Source of the DNA: Bacilli bacterium
GTDB taxonomy: Bacteria > Bacillota_I > Bacilli_A > RF39 > UBA660
Assembly: GCA_017398945.1 (NCBI GenBank)
Contig: JAFQES010000027.1
Coordinates: 67,404 to 131,403 of the forward strand
DNA length: 64,000 nt
Direction: 5' to 3'
Shown here: positions 45,689 through 56,295 of the stretch, in pieces
How positions within the stretch are numbered: the first letter of the stretch is position 1
How the letters are laid out: each line of letters begins with the position of its first letter
The notes under the pieces: generated by a model
What the model was told of the DNA's origin: nothing
The model's input: only the letters and a program-made list of their open reading frames with translations
Databases searched by the model: none
Program-made: the position numbers and the translations under genes

Positions 45689-47188
45689 ATGAAAAAAATT
45701 ATGCTAGTTGTTTTAGATGGTTTTGGTTATCGTGAAGAAAAAAATGGTAATGCAATATTAAATGCTAACATAAGTAATTTTAATTCCTTGTGGGAAAATT
45801 ATCCACATACAACGCTTTATGCATCCGAAGAACATGTTGGGTTAGAACCAGGAGTGTTTGGTAATAGTGAAACTGGACATATGACTATTGGAGCAGGTCG
45901 AAAAATAAAAAGTAATAGAGAAATAGTTAATGACTTTTTTGCGGGGATAAGAATCAATGGAGAGTTTGAAACTTTTATTAATAGTGTTAATGAAAGCGCT
46001 AGACCATTACATATAATGGGCTTACTCAGTGAAGGAAATGTTCATAGTTCATTTGAACATTGGACTAAGCTTATAGATGTAATTAAAGGAAGAATAACTA
46101 ATAATATTTATGTTCATGTTATAACTGATGGAAGAGATACTGATCCAAAAAGTTCATATAGTTATATTGAAAAATTGCAAGAAAAACTTGTTGATATGAA
46201 AAATGTTAAAATAGCTAGCATTTGTGGAAGGCATTATGCCATGGATCGTGATAAAAAATGGGATAGGACCAAATTATATTATGATCTAATTACTAAAGGA
46301 CTAGCTATTAGTTGCAAAGACATCAAAGCGGGAATCGAAAAAAGTTATGATAGTGGTATAACAGATGAATTTGTTAAACCGCTAATTGTGGATAAAGAAG
46401 GAGTTATCAACAATGGCGATAATATTTTTTGGATGAATTATCGTGAAGATAGGTCTAATCAAATTCTAAACGCCATAACAAACCAAGAATTTTCAGACTT
46501 TGCTAAAAAAGATATTTCGGATTGTCAAGTCTATACTTTTTTTCCGTTCGATAAACCAATCCTAACTAATAGTTTTGTTCAATACAATAAAGTAAATGAC
46601 CCAATTGGAGTATATTTATCTAAATTAGGGCTTACGCAAGCCAGAATTGCTGAAACAGAAAAGTTTGCGCATGTGACATATTTCTTTGACGGACAATATG
46701 ATGGAAAAATAGAAAAGTGTGATAAATTTTTACTACCTTCACCACAAGTTACTACCTATGATATGCAACCAGAAATGAGTGCGGTCGACGTTACTAAAAA
46801 AGCTATGGTTTGTTTAGAAAAAGATTATGATTTTGTTGTAGTAAATTATGCTAACCCGGATATGGTAGGGCATACAGGCAACTTTGAGGCAACAGTAAAA
46901 GCTTGCTCGGCGGTAGATATATGTTTAGGGAAACTTGTTGAAACTGCCTTTGATAATTTTTATAAAGTAATTGTTATGGCTGATCATGGTAATGCTGATA
47001 TTATGTTTGATGAAGAAGGGAAAATTTGTACAACTCATACTCTATCAAAAGTACCATTTATAATAACTGATAATGGATTAGAATTAAAAAATACTGGTGA
47101 TATTACTATGGTAGCTCCAACAATTCTAGATTATATGGACATTGCTCGACCTGCGGATATGCAAAATACTGATAGTTTAATAAAATAA
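45689..47188 (+). CDS. gpmI: 2,3-bisphosphoglycerate-independent phosphoglycerate mutase
   Basis: LVVLDGFGYREE, GNSETGHMTIGAGR (catalytic Ser), MADHGNAD. Confidence 0.92.
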   Translation: MKKIMLVVLDGFGYREEKNGNAILNANISNFNSLWENYPHTTLYASEEHVGLEPGVFGNSETGHMTIGAGRKIKSNREIVNDFFAGIRINGEFETFINSVNESARPLHIMGLLSEGNVHSSFEHWTKLIDVIKGRITNNIYVHVITDGRDTDPKSSYSYIEKLQEKLVDMKNVKIASICGRHYAMDRDKKWDRTKLYYDLITKGLAISCKDIKAGIEKSYDSGITDEFVKPLIVDKEGVINNGDNIFWMNYREDRSNQILNAITNQEFSDFAKKDISDCQVYTFFPFDKPILTNSFVQYNKVNDPIGVYLSKLGLTQARIAETEKFAHVTYFFDGQYDGKIEKCDKFLLPSPQVTTYDMQPEMSAVDVTKKAMVCLEKDYDFVVVNYANPDMVGHTGNFEATVKACSAVDICLGKLVETAFDNFYKVIVMADHGNADIMFDEEGKICTTHTLSKVPFIITDNGLELKNTGDITMVAPTILDYMDIARPADMQNTDSLIK

Positions 47189-47190
47189 TT

Positions 47191-47219
47191 AAGAAGGTTT
47201 ACAAAAACCTTCTTTTTTA
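47191..47219 (+). terminator. Terminator after gpmI
   Basis: Perfect 10-bp stem aagaaggttt/aaaccttctt, loop acaa, T6 run. Confidence 0.7.
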
Positions 47220-47326
47220 TAACAAAAAATTATTCATGAGTATAAAAGTGATATATATATTTTTTTTATATAACTATTATGATAAAATTGTTTTAATAAA
47301 TAATGTTTATGCAAAGGTGGTTTTAT

Positions 47327-47869
47327 ATGAATTTGTTTGTGGGGTGTTCATCTTCAGAAAATATTTCTAAAAGTTATTTAGAACAAGCTCAGGAATGTTT
47401 GGATAAAGTATTTAAAATGGATTATGATTTAGTATTTGGGGCATCCAATAATGGACTTATGGGCATTTCCTACAGAGCTGCTAAGAAATACAATAAGGAG
47501 ATTAAAGCGATTGTTCCAGAGGTTTATTGTGAAAACCTGAAGCAAATAGATTGTCCTTTTGAACAAGTTGTTAATAAAATTAACGAAAGTACAGATGTGT
47601 TATTTGATAATTCAGATATTTTATTGTTTTTGCCAGGAGGAATTGGTAGTTTAAATGAAATATTTTATGCAATAGAATTGAAAAGAAATGGCAAATTAAA
47701 TAAACCGATTATAATATATAATCTAAATGGATTTTACGATAAATTACTAAGTTTTTTAGAAAACTTATATAATCAAAACTTTATTGATCTACGTGTAAAA
47801 GAATATTATGAAGTTGTCGAAACTTGTAGTGAGCTTATTGAAAAATTAAAAGTTCAGTTATATGACTAA
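47327..47869 (+). CDS. LOG-family (TIGR00730-like) Rossmann protein
   Basis: PGGIGSLNEIF matches the PGGxGTxxE-type LOG motif. ATG at 47327 follows the SD aaaggtgg. Confidence 0.65.
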   Translation: MNLFVGCSSSENISKSYLEQAQECLDKVFKMDYDLVFGASNNGLMGISYRAAKKYNKEIKAIVPEVYCENLKQIDCPFEQVVNKINESTDVLFDNSDILLFLPGGIGSLNEIFYAIELKRNGKLNKPIIIYNLNGFYDKLLSFLENLYNQNFIDLRVKEYYEVVETCSELIEKLKVQLYD

Positions 47870-47886
47870 TTTAAATAGAAAATATA

Positions 47887-47916
47887 TTGTTATTTAAATG
47901 TAATGAGGTATATAAT
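47887..47916 (+). promoter_or_regulatory. Candidate promoter for the HEAT/methyltransferase gene
   Basis: TTGTTA-N18-TATAAT. SD gggagg follows. Confidence 0.3.
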
Positions 47917-47939
47917 ATATATTAATTAGGGAGGTTAAA

Positions 47940-49736
47940 ATGGAAGATAAAGAAATATTAACTATAGTTAATGGATTAAAAAATGGTAATCATAAAAGCA
48001 TATCGAAATCAAAAATATCTGAAACAAATTTGTTGAAAATCGCCGACAAACTTAAAGAAGATAATTTTGACATAAGTATTTTAATTAATATTATTCTTCA
48101 TAATAATATTAACGAAAATTGTGATTGGAATATTGGTAGTATTTTACAACATTTTGATTATAATGAAATCATTGGGGCTTTGCAAAATGTTTCTCAAAAT
48201 AGAAGAGGGTATTTGTATGATTCAATAGGATTTTGCTGGGCATTAGGAGAGTGTCCATATAAAAATGAGCAAGTTATTGAATTTTTATATGAGGTTATAA
48301 ATAATGGTAGAAATTCAGAATCGTGGTGGAGAGCGGCATTTGCTCTTGAAAAGATAACTGGAAAAAATGCCATAAATAATTTAAAAAGAAGTTTGAAAAA
48401 TTATGGGGCGATTTCTTTAGAAGATAGCTTAGAAGATTTATCAGACAAGAAAAATGTAATTAATGTATTATTGCATGCCAATAGTAATGTAATTAGAGAG
48501 GTTATTTATCCTCGATTAAAAGAAAGGTTTAATTCATCTAATAGCGAAAAAGAATTGGTTAATATTATATGGTTATCTGGTAGATTACGTTTGTATGATG
48601 AAAGTATGTTAAGTAAATCTTTAGAAATATTAGAAACAACTAGTAGTTATGAAACAAAATATTATATTTTACAAGCAATGATTGACGATCCAAAAACTAT
48701 TTATCTAAAATATTTTAGAGAGTTTTTAGATTCGGATGATAAGTTAATAAAAAAGATGGCAATTGCCGGATTAGCAGAACTAGGTGCTAAAGTTGACGTG
48801 ACTGAACTTGAACGCCTGCTTCAAAATGAAAAAAGTCCTAATGTAATATCATCTTTGTCAAAAGCTATATATATGGTTAAAAACAATTATTTTGCAGAAG
48901 AACGTAATTATATAAGAAAATATATGGTAAACGAAAATGGATTAATTGGCGATGATTCAGATAAATGGTATGCTGATGCCTCAATATATAATTTATTTTC
49001 AGAAGCAGAAGATCCAGAAAATGTTTGTTTTAATATAATTTTCAATAGATTATTATCAGAAAAAATAAGAGTAATGAATCCTGTTGATTTAGCTACCGGT
49101 ACAGGAAGAGCTGCTAAATTTATATTAAATAATATTTCGTATGATGGAACTTTATATGCAGTAGATTATAGTAAGCAAATGTTAGAGTATTTTGAAAGAA
49201 CAATAAATAGACAAAAATATTATGTTAAGGATATACATTTACAACATTCAAAAATAGAAGATTTTAAAATACCAAATGGTGAGAAGTCATCCTTCATTAT
49301 AAGTTCATTTGGTTTTCCTAGTAAAATATCTGATAAAGATAGATGTAGAAATGAATTAGAAAACGTATTTGATTTATTGACTGATGATGGTGTTTTTGTA
49401 ACATTAGGTTGGGACGAAACCTTTAATGACGACTTAAATAATATGTGGTACAAGTATATCCCGGATAATATACGCGCGGCTAATTTTGAAGAGTGGAGAA
49501 AAATGAGAGAAGCTAGCATTGAAAGTGCAAGAAATTGTATGCTGACTTGGTATAAAAAAAATATCAAAGTTCCATTGCTATATGATACATTAGAAGAAAC
49601 AATAAATGTAATGGGGCATTTATTTGGAAGAGATGCTGCATTAGAAATATTAAAAAACAAAAGAACAATGTGGTGGATGTCTTTAGGCATAACTTGGGAT
49701 AATAAAGAAAGTTTAGCGAGAATATTAAAGAAATAA
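47940..49736 (+). CDS. HEAT-repeat protein fused to a class I SAM-dependent methyltransferase domain
   Basis: N-terminal 330 aa with HEAT/PBS-lyase-like repeats (WWRAAFALEKITGKNAINNL; KKMAIAGLAELG). C-terminal motif I VDLATGTGRAAKF and LLTDDGVFV. Confidence 0.55.
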   Translation: MEDKEILTIVNGLKNGNHKSISKSKISETNLLKIADKLKEDNFDISILINIILHNNINENCDWNIGSILQHFDYNEIIGALQNVSQNRRGYLYDSIGFCWALGECPYKNEQVIEFLYEVINNGRNSESWWRAAFALEKITGKNAINNLKRSLKNYGAISLEDSLEDLSDKKNVINVLLHANSNVIREVIYPRLKERFNSSNSEKELVNIIWLSGRLRLYDESMLSKSLEILETTSSYETKYYILQAMIDDPKTIYLKYFREFLDSDDKLIKKMAIAGLAELGAKVDVTELERLLQNEKSPNVISSLSKAIYMVKNNYFAEERNYIRKYMVNENGLIGDDSDKWYADASIYNLFSEAEDPENVCFNIIFNRLLSEKIRVMNPVDLATGTGRAAKFILNNISYDGTLYAVDYSKQMLEYFERTINRQKYYVKDIHLQHSKIEDFKIPNGEKSSFIISSFGFPSKISDKDRCRNELENVFDLLTDDGVFVTLGWDETFNDDLNNMWYKYIPDNIRAANFEEWRKMREASIESARNCMLTWYKKNIKVPLLYDTLEETINVMGHLFGRDAALEILKNKRTMWWMSLGITWDNKESLARILKK

Positions 49737-49745
49737 GAGGTAATA

Positions 49746-50312
49746 ATGAAAGAAATAGAAGTATTGGTTGAAGTGTATAATAAATTTGATGAACTGAAAA
49801 AAAAGTTGGCAGATTTTGAATATAAGGGATTAAAAAGAACCCTAGATGAATATTATTACGATCCTCAAAGAGATGATTTGAAACCAGATAAAAATGGAGG
49901 ACTTAATCATTGCTTGCGTCTTCGAACTAAAGATAACGAATGTTTTATTACATATAAAGACGATGTATTTGAAAATGGTAAATGGTTATATTCTGATGAA
50001 TATGAAACAAAAATCGAAAATATAAGTATGTTGCGAGAAATATTTAAAAGACTTGGTTTAATTAAATTTATTGAAATTGACAACTGCAAAGATACTTATG
50101 TATTTAATGACTATGAAATAGTAATTGAAAATGTAAAAGATTTAGGGATATTTATGGAAGTTGAATACTGTACTGAAGATGATGTAGATGTTAAAAAAGT
50201 TAAAGACGAAATTCAAAGTTTTATAAATAGTTTGGGATTAAATGTGTCGGAAGAATTAAATGTGGGGAAACCTGAATTATATATGAAAAAACATAATATT
50301 AAAATAGACTAA
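49746..50312 (+). CDS. CYTH-domain protein (class IV adenylate cyclase / triphosphatase-like)
   Basis: 188 aa. The N-terminal strand EIEVLVEV resembles the CYTH ExExK strand, followed by alternating charged beta-strand patterns. Confidence 0.55.
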   Translation: MKEIEVLVEVYNKFDELKKKLADFEYKGLKRTLDEYYYDPQRDDLKPDKNGGLNHCLRLRTKDNECFITYKDDVFENGKWLYSDEYETKIENISMLREIFKRLGLIKFIEIDNCKDTYVFNDYEIVIENVKDLGIFMEVEYCTEDDVDVKKVKDEIQSFINSLGLNVSEELNVGKPELYMKKHNIKID

Positions 50313-50322
50313 CAATAAAATG

Positions 50323-50349
50323 GATATTATTTATAATATCTATTTTTTT
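50323..50349 (+). terminator. Weak AU-rich terminator after the CYTH gene
   Basis: 7-bp stem gatatta/taatatc, 4-nt loop, then tattttttt. Confidence 0.35.
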
Positions 50350-50373
50350 ATTTAAATTCAGTAAAATTTAGGC

Positions 50374-50402
50374 TTGCATTTCATATAATATGTTGTTATA
50401 AT
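50374..50402 (+). promoter_or_regulatory. Candidate promoter of the S10 ribosomal operon
   Basis: TTGCAT-N17-TATAAT with an extended -10 TGt. Confidence 0.5.
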
Positions 50403-50408
50403 TGAATC

Positions 50409-50536
50409 TGTATGGCTGCTTAGATGTGCGAGGTTGCTGATACACTAGGTGACGTTGATTAAACAATATCTAGAAATCAGGTAATTCGGGCGGAGCGAGT
50501 CTATACTAGATATAGGCGAAAGGAGGACATATAATT
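50409..50536 (+). promoter_or_regulatory. Structured 5' leader of the rpsJ operon (possible autoregulatory element)
   Basis: About 125 nt, visibly more GC-rich than its surroundings. Inverted repeat atatctag...ctagatat just upstream of the SD aaggagg. Confidence 0.35.
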
Positions 50537-50845
50537 ATGTCAAAAAACAAAGTTCGTATTAACTTAGCTGCATATGACCATAGAATGTTAGATGTAGCTT
50601 GCGGAAAGATCGTAGAAACAGTTAAAAGAACTGGGGGAGTTGTTTCTGGACCTGTACCACTACCAACTGAAATTCAAAAATTTACAGTATTAAAAGCGGT
50701 ACACAAATATAAAGATTCAAGAGAACAATTTGAAATGCGTACGCATAAAAGATTGATCGATATAAAAGATCCATCTAAAGAAACAATTGATGCTTTAACT
50801 CACTTAGACATTCCAAGTGGTGTTGACATCGACATTAAATTATAA
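50537..50845 (+). CDS. rpsJ: 30S ribosomal protein S10
   Basis: [13 protein letters not shown]...GPVPLPT, operon position. Confidence 0.96.
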   Translation: MSKNKVRINLAAYDHRMLDVACGKIVETVKRTGGVVSGPVPLPTEIQKFTVLKAVHKYKDSREQFEMRTHKRLIDIKDPSKETIDALTHLDIPSGVDIDIKL

Positions 50846-50867
50846 TTAAAAGGAAGGAAAAAGAAAA

Positions 50868-51626
50868 ATGAAAGGAATCTTAGGACGCAAAGCTGGAATG
50901 ACTCAAGTTTTTACTAAAGAAGGTAAATTAATTCCTGTAACTGTAGTTGAAGTACAACCAAATACAGTTATGCAAGTAAAAACTATTGAAACTGACGGAT
51001 ATAACGCAGTACAGTTAGGCGTATTTGACAAAAAAGAAAAAAATAGCAGCAAGCCAAGTATTGGGCATGCAAAAAAAGCAAACACAACACCTAAGCGCTT
51101 CTTAAAAGAAATAAGAAATTTAGAAGGGTCTTACAATTTAGGGGATACTATTGACGCTGGTGTGTTCGAAGTTGGAGAAGTTGTAGACGTAACAGGAACT
51201 TCAAAAGGAAAAGGTTTTGAAGGAACTATCAAAAGACATAACCAACATCGTGGGCCAATGACTCATGGATCTCGTTATCACAGAGGACCAGGTTCTCTAG
51301 GAACAATGTTACCTAAAAGAGTATTAAAAGGTAAAAATCTTCCTGGACACATGGGACATGAAACAATCACTATTCAAAATCTAGAAATTATCGAAGCAAA
51401 TGCTGCTGAAGGATACATTTTAGTAAGCGGAAATATTCCAGGACCAAAGAAATCATTAGTGTTAATCAAAAGTGCAGTGAAAAATTCTCGTAAAGCTGAT
51501 GCAAAAGAAATAATCTCTTATGAAGAAGAAACTGTTGTTGATGAAGTAGTAGAAGAAGCAGTTGAAACTACAGAAGTAGAGGCTGCTGAAGTTACTAGTG
51601 AAACTACTGAAGGAGAAAACGCATAG
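50868..51626 (+). CDS. rplC: 50S ribosomal protein L3 (with acidic C-terminal extension)
   Basis: [15 protein letters not shown]...[12 protein letters not shown]. Confidence 0.95.
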   Translation: MKGILGRKAGMTQVFTKEGKLIPVTVVEVQPNTVMQVKTIETDGYNAVQLGVFDKKEKNSSKPSIGHAKKANTTPKRFLKEIRNLEGSYNLGDTIDAGVFEVGEVVDVTGTSKGKGFEGTIKRHNQHRGPMTHGSRYHRGPGSLGTMLPKRVLKGKNLPGHMGHETITIQNLEIIEANAAEGYILVSGNIPGPKKSLVLIKSAVKNSRKADAKEIISYEEETVVDEVVEEAVETTEVEAAEVTSETTEGENA

Positions 51627-51650
51627 TCGTCTTCTAGAAAGGTAAGTATT

Positions 51651-52274
51651 ATGACAAAGATAAGTGTTAAAAACATTAAAAATGAAAAAGTTCAAGATTT
51701 AACATTAACTGATAGTGTTTGGAATATTGAAGTAAATAATGATTGTTTAAAGAAAATGATTAAATTACAATTAGCTGCTCAAAGACAAGGGACAGCTAAG
51801 ACAAAAACTAGAGCAGAAGTATCTGGTGGCGGTAAAAAGCCTTGGAAACAAAAAGGAACTGGTAGAGCTAGAGCTGGTTCTAACAGAAGTCCAATTTGGC
51901 GTGGAGGCGGAGTTGTATTCGGAGTTACTCCAAGAGACTATGCTTTCAAAATAAATAAGAAAGAAAGAGAATTAGCTTTAAAAAGTGCTTTATCACTTAA
52001 AGCTCAAAATAAAGAATTAATAGTTTTAGATACTATTAAAATGGCTGATTTAAAAACTAAAGAATTAAAATCAATGATTGAATCATTAGATTTAAACGGA
52101 AAAGTATTATTCGTGACTGCTGAAGATAATGAAAACTTATATATGGCTAGTCGTAACTTAGGATATGCTTATGTAGTATTAGCTAATGAAATCAATTGCT
52201 ATGATTTAGTAAATGCTGATTACCTAGTATGTGATCTAGAAGCAGTAAAATATATTGAGGAGGTGCTTAAATAA
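51651..52274 (+). CDS. rplD: 50S ribosomal protein L4
   Basis: GGGKKPWKQKGTGRARAGSNRSPIWRGGG. Confidence 0.95.
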   Translation: MTKISVKNIKNEKVQDLTLTDSVWNIEVNNDCLKKMIKLQLAAQRQGTAKTKTRAEVSGGGKKPWKQKGTGRARAGSNRSPIWRGGGVVFGVTPRDYAFKINKKERELALKSALSLKAQNKELIVLDTIKMADLKTKELKSMIESLDLNGKVLFVTAEDNENLYMASRNLGYAYVVLANEINCYDLVNADYLVCDLEAVKYIEEVLK

Positions 52275-52549
52275 TGAAAGATTATACTGATATTATTATT
52301 GCACCAGTTATTACTGAAAAATCTGCAACAAATGCTCAAAACAACGTTTATACATTCAAAGTGGCAAAAAGTGCAGCAAAAAATGAAATTAAATGGGCTG
52401 TTGAAAAAGCATTCAACGTTCATGTTGTTAAAGTTAATACTTTAAACACAAAAGCAAAAGATAAAAGAGTTGGCAGATATACTGGCCAAACAAAAACTTA
52501 TAAGAAAGCAATCGTTACTCTAAAAGATGGCGAAACGATTGAAATATAG
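52274..52549 (+). CDS. rplW: 50S ribosomal protein L23
   Basis: IIIAPVITEKS...YTFKV, operon position. Confidence 0.93.
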   Translation: MKDYTDIIIAPVITEKSATNAQNNVYTFKVAKSAAKNEIKWAVEKAFNVHVVKVNTLNTKAKDKRVGRYTGQTKTYKKAIVTLKDGETIEI

Positions 52550-52564
52550 ACAGGAGTTAATGGT

Positions 52565-53395
52565 ATGGCAATAAAGAAATACAAATCTACGACAAATGGT
52601 CGTAGGGGAATGTCTACTTTAGTAAATGAAGAAATTACTACAAGCACTCCAACTAAATCACTTTTAAAGAGTACTTCAAAAAGTGGGGGAAGAAATAACC
52701 AAGGTAAAATGACTGTTAGACATATCGGTGGAGGAGCAAAAAGAAAATACCGTGTTATTGATTATAAAAGAAATAAATTTGGTGTTACTGGAAAAGTTGC
52801 TACAATCGAATATGATCCAAACAGAACTTCTAATATCGCTTTAATCAACTATAGAGATGGTGAAAAAAGATATATCATCGCTCCTAAAGGGTTAAAAGTA
52901 GGAATGATTATTGAAGCTGGAGAAAAAGTAGATATTAAAGTTGGTAATGCATTACCACTTGCTAATATTCCAGTTGGTACAGTTGTTCACTGTATAGAAT
53001 TAAAACCTGGAAAAGGTGCTGAAATTTGCCGTAGTGCTGGATCTAGCGCTCAAATACTAGGACGTGAAGGCAAATATGTAATGTTAAGATTACAATCAGG
53101 CGAAACAAGAAAAGTATTAGGAACTTGTATGGCTACAATCGGATCAGTTGGAAATGAAGATTACTCTTTAGTAAATCTTGGTAAAGCTGGACGTAAACGT
53201 CATATGGGTATTCGCCCAACAAACCGCGGATCTGTAATGAACCCTAATGACCATCCACATGGTGGTGGAGAAGGACGTGCGCCTATCGGACGCAAAGGAC
53301 CTCTTACTCCTTGGGGTAAACCTGCACTTGGATTTAAAACTAGAAAAAATAAGAAAGCTTCTGACAAGTTAATTGTTAGTAAGAAGAAAAAATAG
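52565..53395 (+). CDS. rplB: 50S ribosomal protein L2
   Basis: [15 protein letters not shown]...[14 protein letters not shown]. Confidence 0.97.
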   Translation: MAIKKYKSTTNGRRGMSTLVNEEITTSTPTKSLLKSTSKSGGRNNQGKMTVRHIGGGAKRKYRVIDYKRNKFGVTGKVATIEYDPNRTSNIALINYRDGEKRYIIAPKGLKVGMIIEAGEKVDIKVGNALPLANIPVGTVVHCIELKPGKGAEICRSAGSSAQILGREGKYVMLRLQSGETRKVLGTCMATIGSVGNEDYSLVNLGKAGRKRHMGIRPTNRGSVMNPNDHPHGGGEGRAPIGRKGPLTPWGKPALGFKTRKNKKASDKLIVSKKKK

Positions 53396-53404
53396 GAGGT
53401 TATT

Positions 53405-53668
53405 ATGGCAAGAAGTTTAAAAAAAGGACCTTACGTATTTGATAGATTATTAAAAAAGGTTCAAACTTTAAATGAAAATAATAAAAAAGAAGTTGTAAAA
53501 ACTTGGTCAAGACGTTCAACAATTTATCCTGATTTCGTTGGACATACAATCGCAGTTCATAATGGAAAAGAATTCATACCTGTTTATGTTACTGAAGATA
53601 TGGTAGGACATAAACTTGGAGAATTCGCGCCAACTCGTAAATTTGGCGGACATGCGGGACAAAAGTAG
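53405..53668 (+). CDS. rpsS: 30S ribosomal protein S19
   Basis: [11 protein letters not shown]...[13 protein letters not shown]. Confidence 0.96.
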   Translation: MARSLKKGPYVFDRLLKKVQTLNENNKKEVVKTWSRRSTIYPDFVGHTIAVHNGKEFIPVYVTEDMVGHKLGEFAPTRKFGGHAGQK

Positions 53669-53678
53669 GAGGTAAAAT

Positions 53679-54035
53679 ATGGAAAGTTATGCAATACATA
53701 AAACCGCTATTATAGCACCTCGTAAAGCTCGTATGACTTTAGATCTTATTAGAGGAAAAAAAGCTTCTGTAGCTATGGGTATTTTAGAAAATACTAATAC
53801 AAAAGCTAGTCGCCTAATCCAAAAAGTATTAAAGTCTGCAATTGCTAACGCTGTTAATAACCAAAATGCAAAAGAAGATGAACTATTTGTATCAGAATGT
53901 TTTATAAATCCAGGACCAACATTAAAAAGAATTAAATTCGCTAGCCGCGGAAATGTTGATAGAAGAGACAAAAGAACTAGTCACATTACTGTAAAAGTAA
54001 GTGATGGAAAAGTAAATAAGAAAGGAGCAGAATAA
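53679..54035 (+). CDS. rplV: 50S ribosomal protein L22
   Basis: [15 protein letters not shown]...[17 protein letters not shown]. Confidence 0.95.
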   Translation: MESYAIHKTAIIAPRKARMTLDLIRGKKASVAMGILENTNTKASRLIQKVLKSAIANAVNNQNAKEDELFVSECFINPGPTLKRIKFASRGNVDRRDKRTSHITVKVSDGKVNKKGAE

Positions 54036-54712
54036 TGGGACAAAAGGTCAATCCAATAGGTTATAGAATTGGAGTTAATAAAGACTGGGAATCTAAATGG
54101 TATGCTAAAAAAGATTATGCTGACAATTTAAACAAAGATTTAAAAATCAGAGATTATTTAAGCAAAAATCTTAAAGAAGCAAGCATTGCATCCGTTCTTA
54201 TTGAAAGAAAAAAAGGTAGAGTTGATATTACTATCCACACTGCTAAACCAGGAGTAATCATTGGTCGCGGCGGAGAAGATATCGAAAAATTACGTAACTC
54301 TATCCGTAAATTAGTAAACGAAGACGTATATGTAAATATCGTTGAAGTTAAAAATCCTGATTTGAATGCTCAATTAGTAGCAGATCAAATTGCTGCTCAA
54401 ATCGCAGCACGTGCTCCATTCAGAAGTGCTCAAAAAAGAGCAATCAGAAACACAATGAAAGCTGGAGCTAAAGGAATTAAAACAAGCGTATCTGGAAGAT
54501 TAGGTGGAGCTGAAATGGCTCGTACAGAAGGATACACAGAAGGAACTGTGCCTCTACACACAATTAGAGCTGATGTTGATTATGCTACATCTGAAGCAGA
54601 TACAACATACGGAAAAATTGGTGTTAAAGTATGGATTTACAAAGATGAAATTCTTCCTGTAAGAGGTAACAAGAAGGGAGACGATAAACATGTTAATGCC
54701 AAAAAAGACTAA
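54035..54712 (+). CDS. rpsC: 30S ribosomal protein S3
   Basis: [13 protein letters not shown]...KH domain [14 protein letters not shown]. Confidence 0.97.
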   Translation: MGQKVNPIGYRIGVNKDWESKWYAKKDYADNLNKDLKIRDYLSKNLKEASIASVLIERKKGRVDITIHTAKPGVIIGRGGEDIEKLRNSIRKLVNEDVYVNIVEVKNPDLNAQLVADQIAAQIAARAPFRSAQKRAIRNTMKAGAKGIKTSVSGRLGGAEMARTEGYTEGTVPLHTIRADVDYATSEADTTYGKIGVKVWIYKDEILPVRGNKKGDDKHVNAKKD

Positions 54713-55115
54713 ATATCGTAAACCTCATCGTGTAAGCTATGACGGACACGCTAAAGGTAATACTGAATTACACTTCGGTGAATTCGGACTTCAAGCTAAA
54801 GAAGGAGCTTGGGTTAGTGCAAGACAAATTGAAGCTGCACGTATTGCTATGACACGTTATATGAAACGTGGAGGAAAAGTATTTATTAATATCTTCCCTC
54901 ACTTAGCTTTAACTAAAAAACCTTTAGAAACTCGTCAAGGTAAAGGTAAAGGTAACGTAGAACAATGGGTTGCTGTAGTTAAAAAAGGTAAAATCATGTT
55001 CGAAGTAAGTGGTGTAACCGAAGAAATAGCTCGTGAAGCATTAAGACTTGCTTCTCATAAGTTACCAATCAAATGTAAATTTGTAAAAAAGGATGGTGTT
55101 TCTAATGAAAATTAA
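54690..55115 (+). CDS. rplP: 50S ribosomal protein L16
   Basis: [14 protein letters not shown]...[13 protein letters not shown]. Confidence 0.96.
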   Translation: MLMPKKTKYRKPHRVSYDGHAKGNTELHFGEFGLQAKEGAWVSARQIEAARIAMTRYMKRGGKVFINIFPHLALTKKPLETRQGKGKGNVEQWVAVVKKGKIMFEVSGVTEEIAREALRLASHKLPIKCKFVKKDGVSNEN

Positions 55116-55320
55116 TGAACTAAGAAAATTATCCGACAAAGAATTAAATGACAAAATCATTGAAACAAAAAGAACTTTATTTGATTTAAGATTAAAACAA
55201 TCAACTGGAAATTTAGAAAAAGCATCTGATTTAAGAGAACTTAGAAAAGATGTTGCTAAAATGAAAACAATTCTTCGCGAAAGAGAATTAACTGCTGGAG
55301 GTAACGATGACAGAAAGTAA
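55105..55320 (+). CDS. rpmC: 50S ribosomal protein L29
   Basis: [18 protein letters not shown]...[11 protein letters not shown] at 55105 is preferred to the track start at 55093. Confidence 0.9.
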   Translation: MKINELRKLSDKELNDKIIETKRTLFDLRLKQSTGNLEKASDLRELRKDVAKMKTILRERELTAGGNDDRK

Positions 55321-55567
55321 AAGAGCTGAACTTGTAGGTAAAGTTGTAAGTGCTAAAAATGATAAAACTATAACCGTATTAGTTGGAACTTATAAAAAAC
55401 ATCCTTTATACGGAAAAAGAGTTAAGTATTCTAAAAAGTATACTGCTCATGATGAAAAGAATGTTGCTAAAGTAGGAGATACAGTTAAAATTAGAGCTAC
55501 AAGACCATTATCTAAAACAAAAAGATATGAACTTGTAAACGTTTTAGTTGAAGCTGTAATTCTATAA
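55307..55567 (+). CDS. rpsQ: 30S ribosomal protein S17
   Basis: [16 protein letters not shown]...HPLYGKRVK. Confidence 0.95.
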   Translation: MTESKRAELVGKVVSAKNDKTITVLVGTYKKHPLYGKRVKYSKKYTAHDEKNVAKVGDTVKIRATRPLSKTKRYELVNVLVEAVIL

Positions 55568-55580
55568 GGAGGTATTTTTT

Positions 55581-55949
55581 ATGGTAATGCAAGAATCAAG
55601 ACTTAAAGTTGCTGATAATACTGGAGCTCGTGAGCTATTAGTAATCAGATGTTTAGGTGGAAGTCATAGAAAATATGCTAATATCGGTGATGTTGTTATT
55701 GGTACAGTAAAAAAAGCTATTCCTAATGGAAACATTAAAAAAGGAAAAGTTGTTAAAGCAGTAATCGTAAGAAGTGTTGAAGGTGTTAGAAGAAAAGATG
55801 GTTCTTATATCAAATTTTCTGACAACGCATGTGTTTTAATCAAAGATGATAAATCACCTATCGGAACAAGAGTTCTAGGGCCTGTTGCTCGTGAATTAAG
55901 AGAAAAAGATTATATGAAAATCGTTTCACTAGCACCAGAAGTATTATAG
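55581..55949 (+). CDS. rplN: 50S ribosomal protein L14
   Basis: [20 protein letters not shown]. Confidence 0.96.
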   Translation: MVMQESRLKVADNTGARELLVIRCLGGSHRKYANIGDVVIGTVKKAIPNGNIKKGKVVKAVIVRSVEGVRRKDGSYIKFSDNACVLIKDDKSPIGTRVLGPVARELREKDYMKIVSLAPEVL

Positions 55950-55960
55950 GAGGTACACAA

Positions 55961-56287
55961 GTGAAAATTAAAGTTGGAGACAATGTAAAAGTACTTGCTG
56001 GAAAAGACAGAGGAAAAGAAGGTAAAGTACTTAGAACATTAAAAACTAAAAATAAAGTTGTTGTAGAAGGAATCAATATTGTAAAAAAACATTCTAAACC
56101 AAACAATCAAAATGATAAAGGTGGAATATTTGATATTGAAGCTCCTATTCATGTTTCAAATGTTAAAAAAATAGAAGAAGCAAAAAAAGAAACTAAAAAA
56201 GTTGCTAAAAAAGAAGTAAAAGAAGAAGTTGCTACTGAAAAGAAAGCTACTACTTCAAAAAAGACGACTAAGAAAGCTAGTAAGTAG
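55961..56287 (+). CDS. rplX: 50S ribosomal protein L24 (Lys-rich C-terminal tail)
   Basis: [20 protein letters not shown] (KOW motif). GTG start. Confidence 0.93.
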   Translation: MKIKVGDNVKVLAGKDRGKEGKVLRTLKTKNKVVVEGINIVKKHSKPNNQNDKGGIFDIEAPIHVSNVKKIEEAKKETKKVAKKEVKEEVATEKKATTSKKTTKKASK

Positions 56288-56295
56288 GTGAACGT

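Noticed and set aside
50403-50536. The GC-rich patch before rpsJ was considered as a tRNA or small RNA gene.
   Set aside because: No T-loop (GGTTCGAAT-like) or cloverleaf pairing is present. Its position between a promoter and the rpsJ SD fits an mRNA leader.
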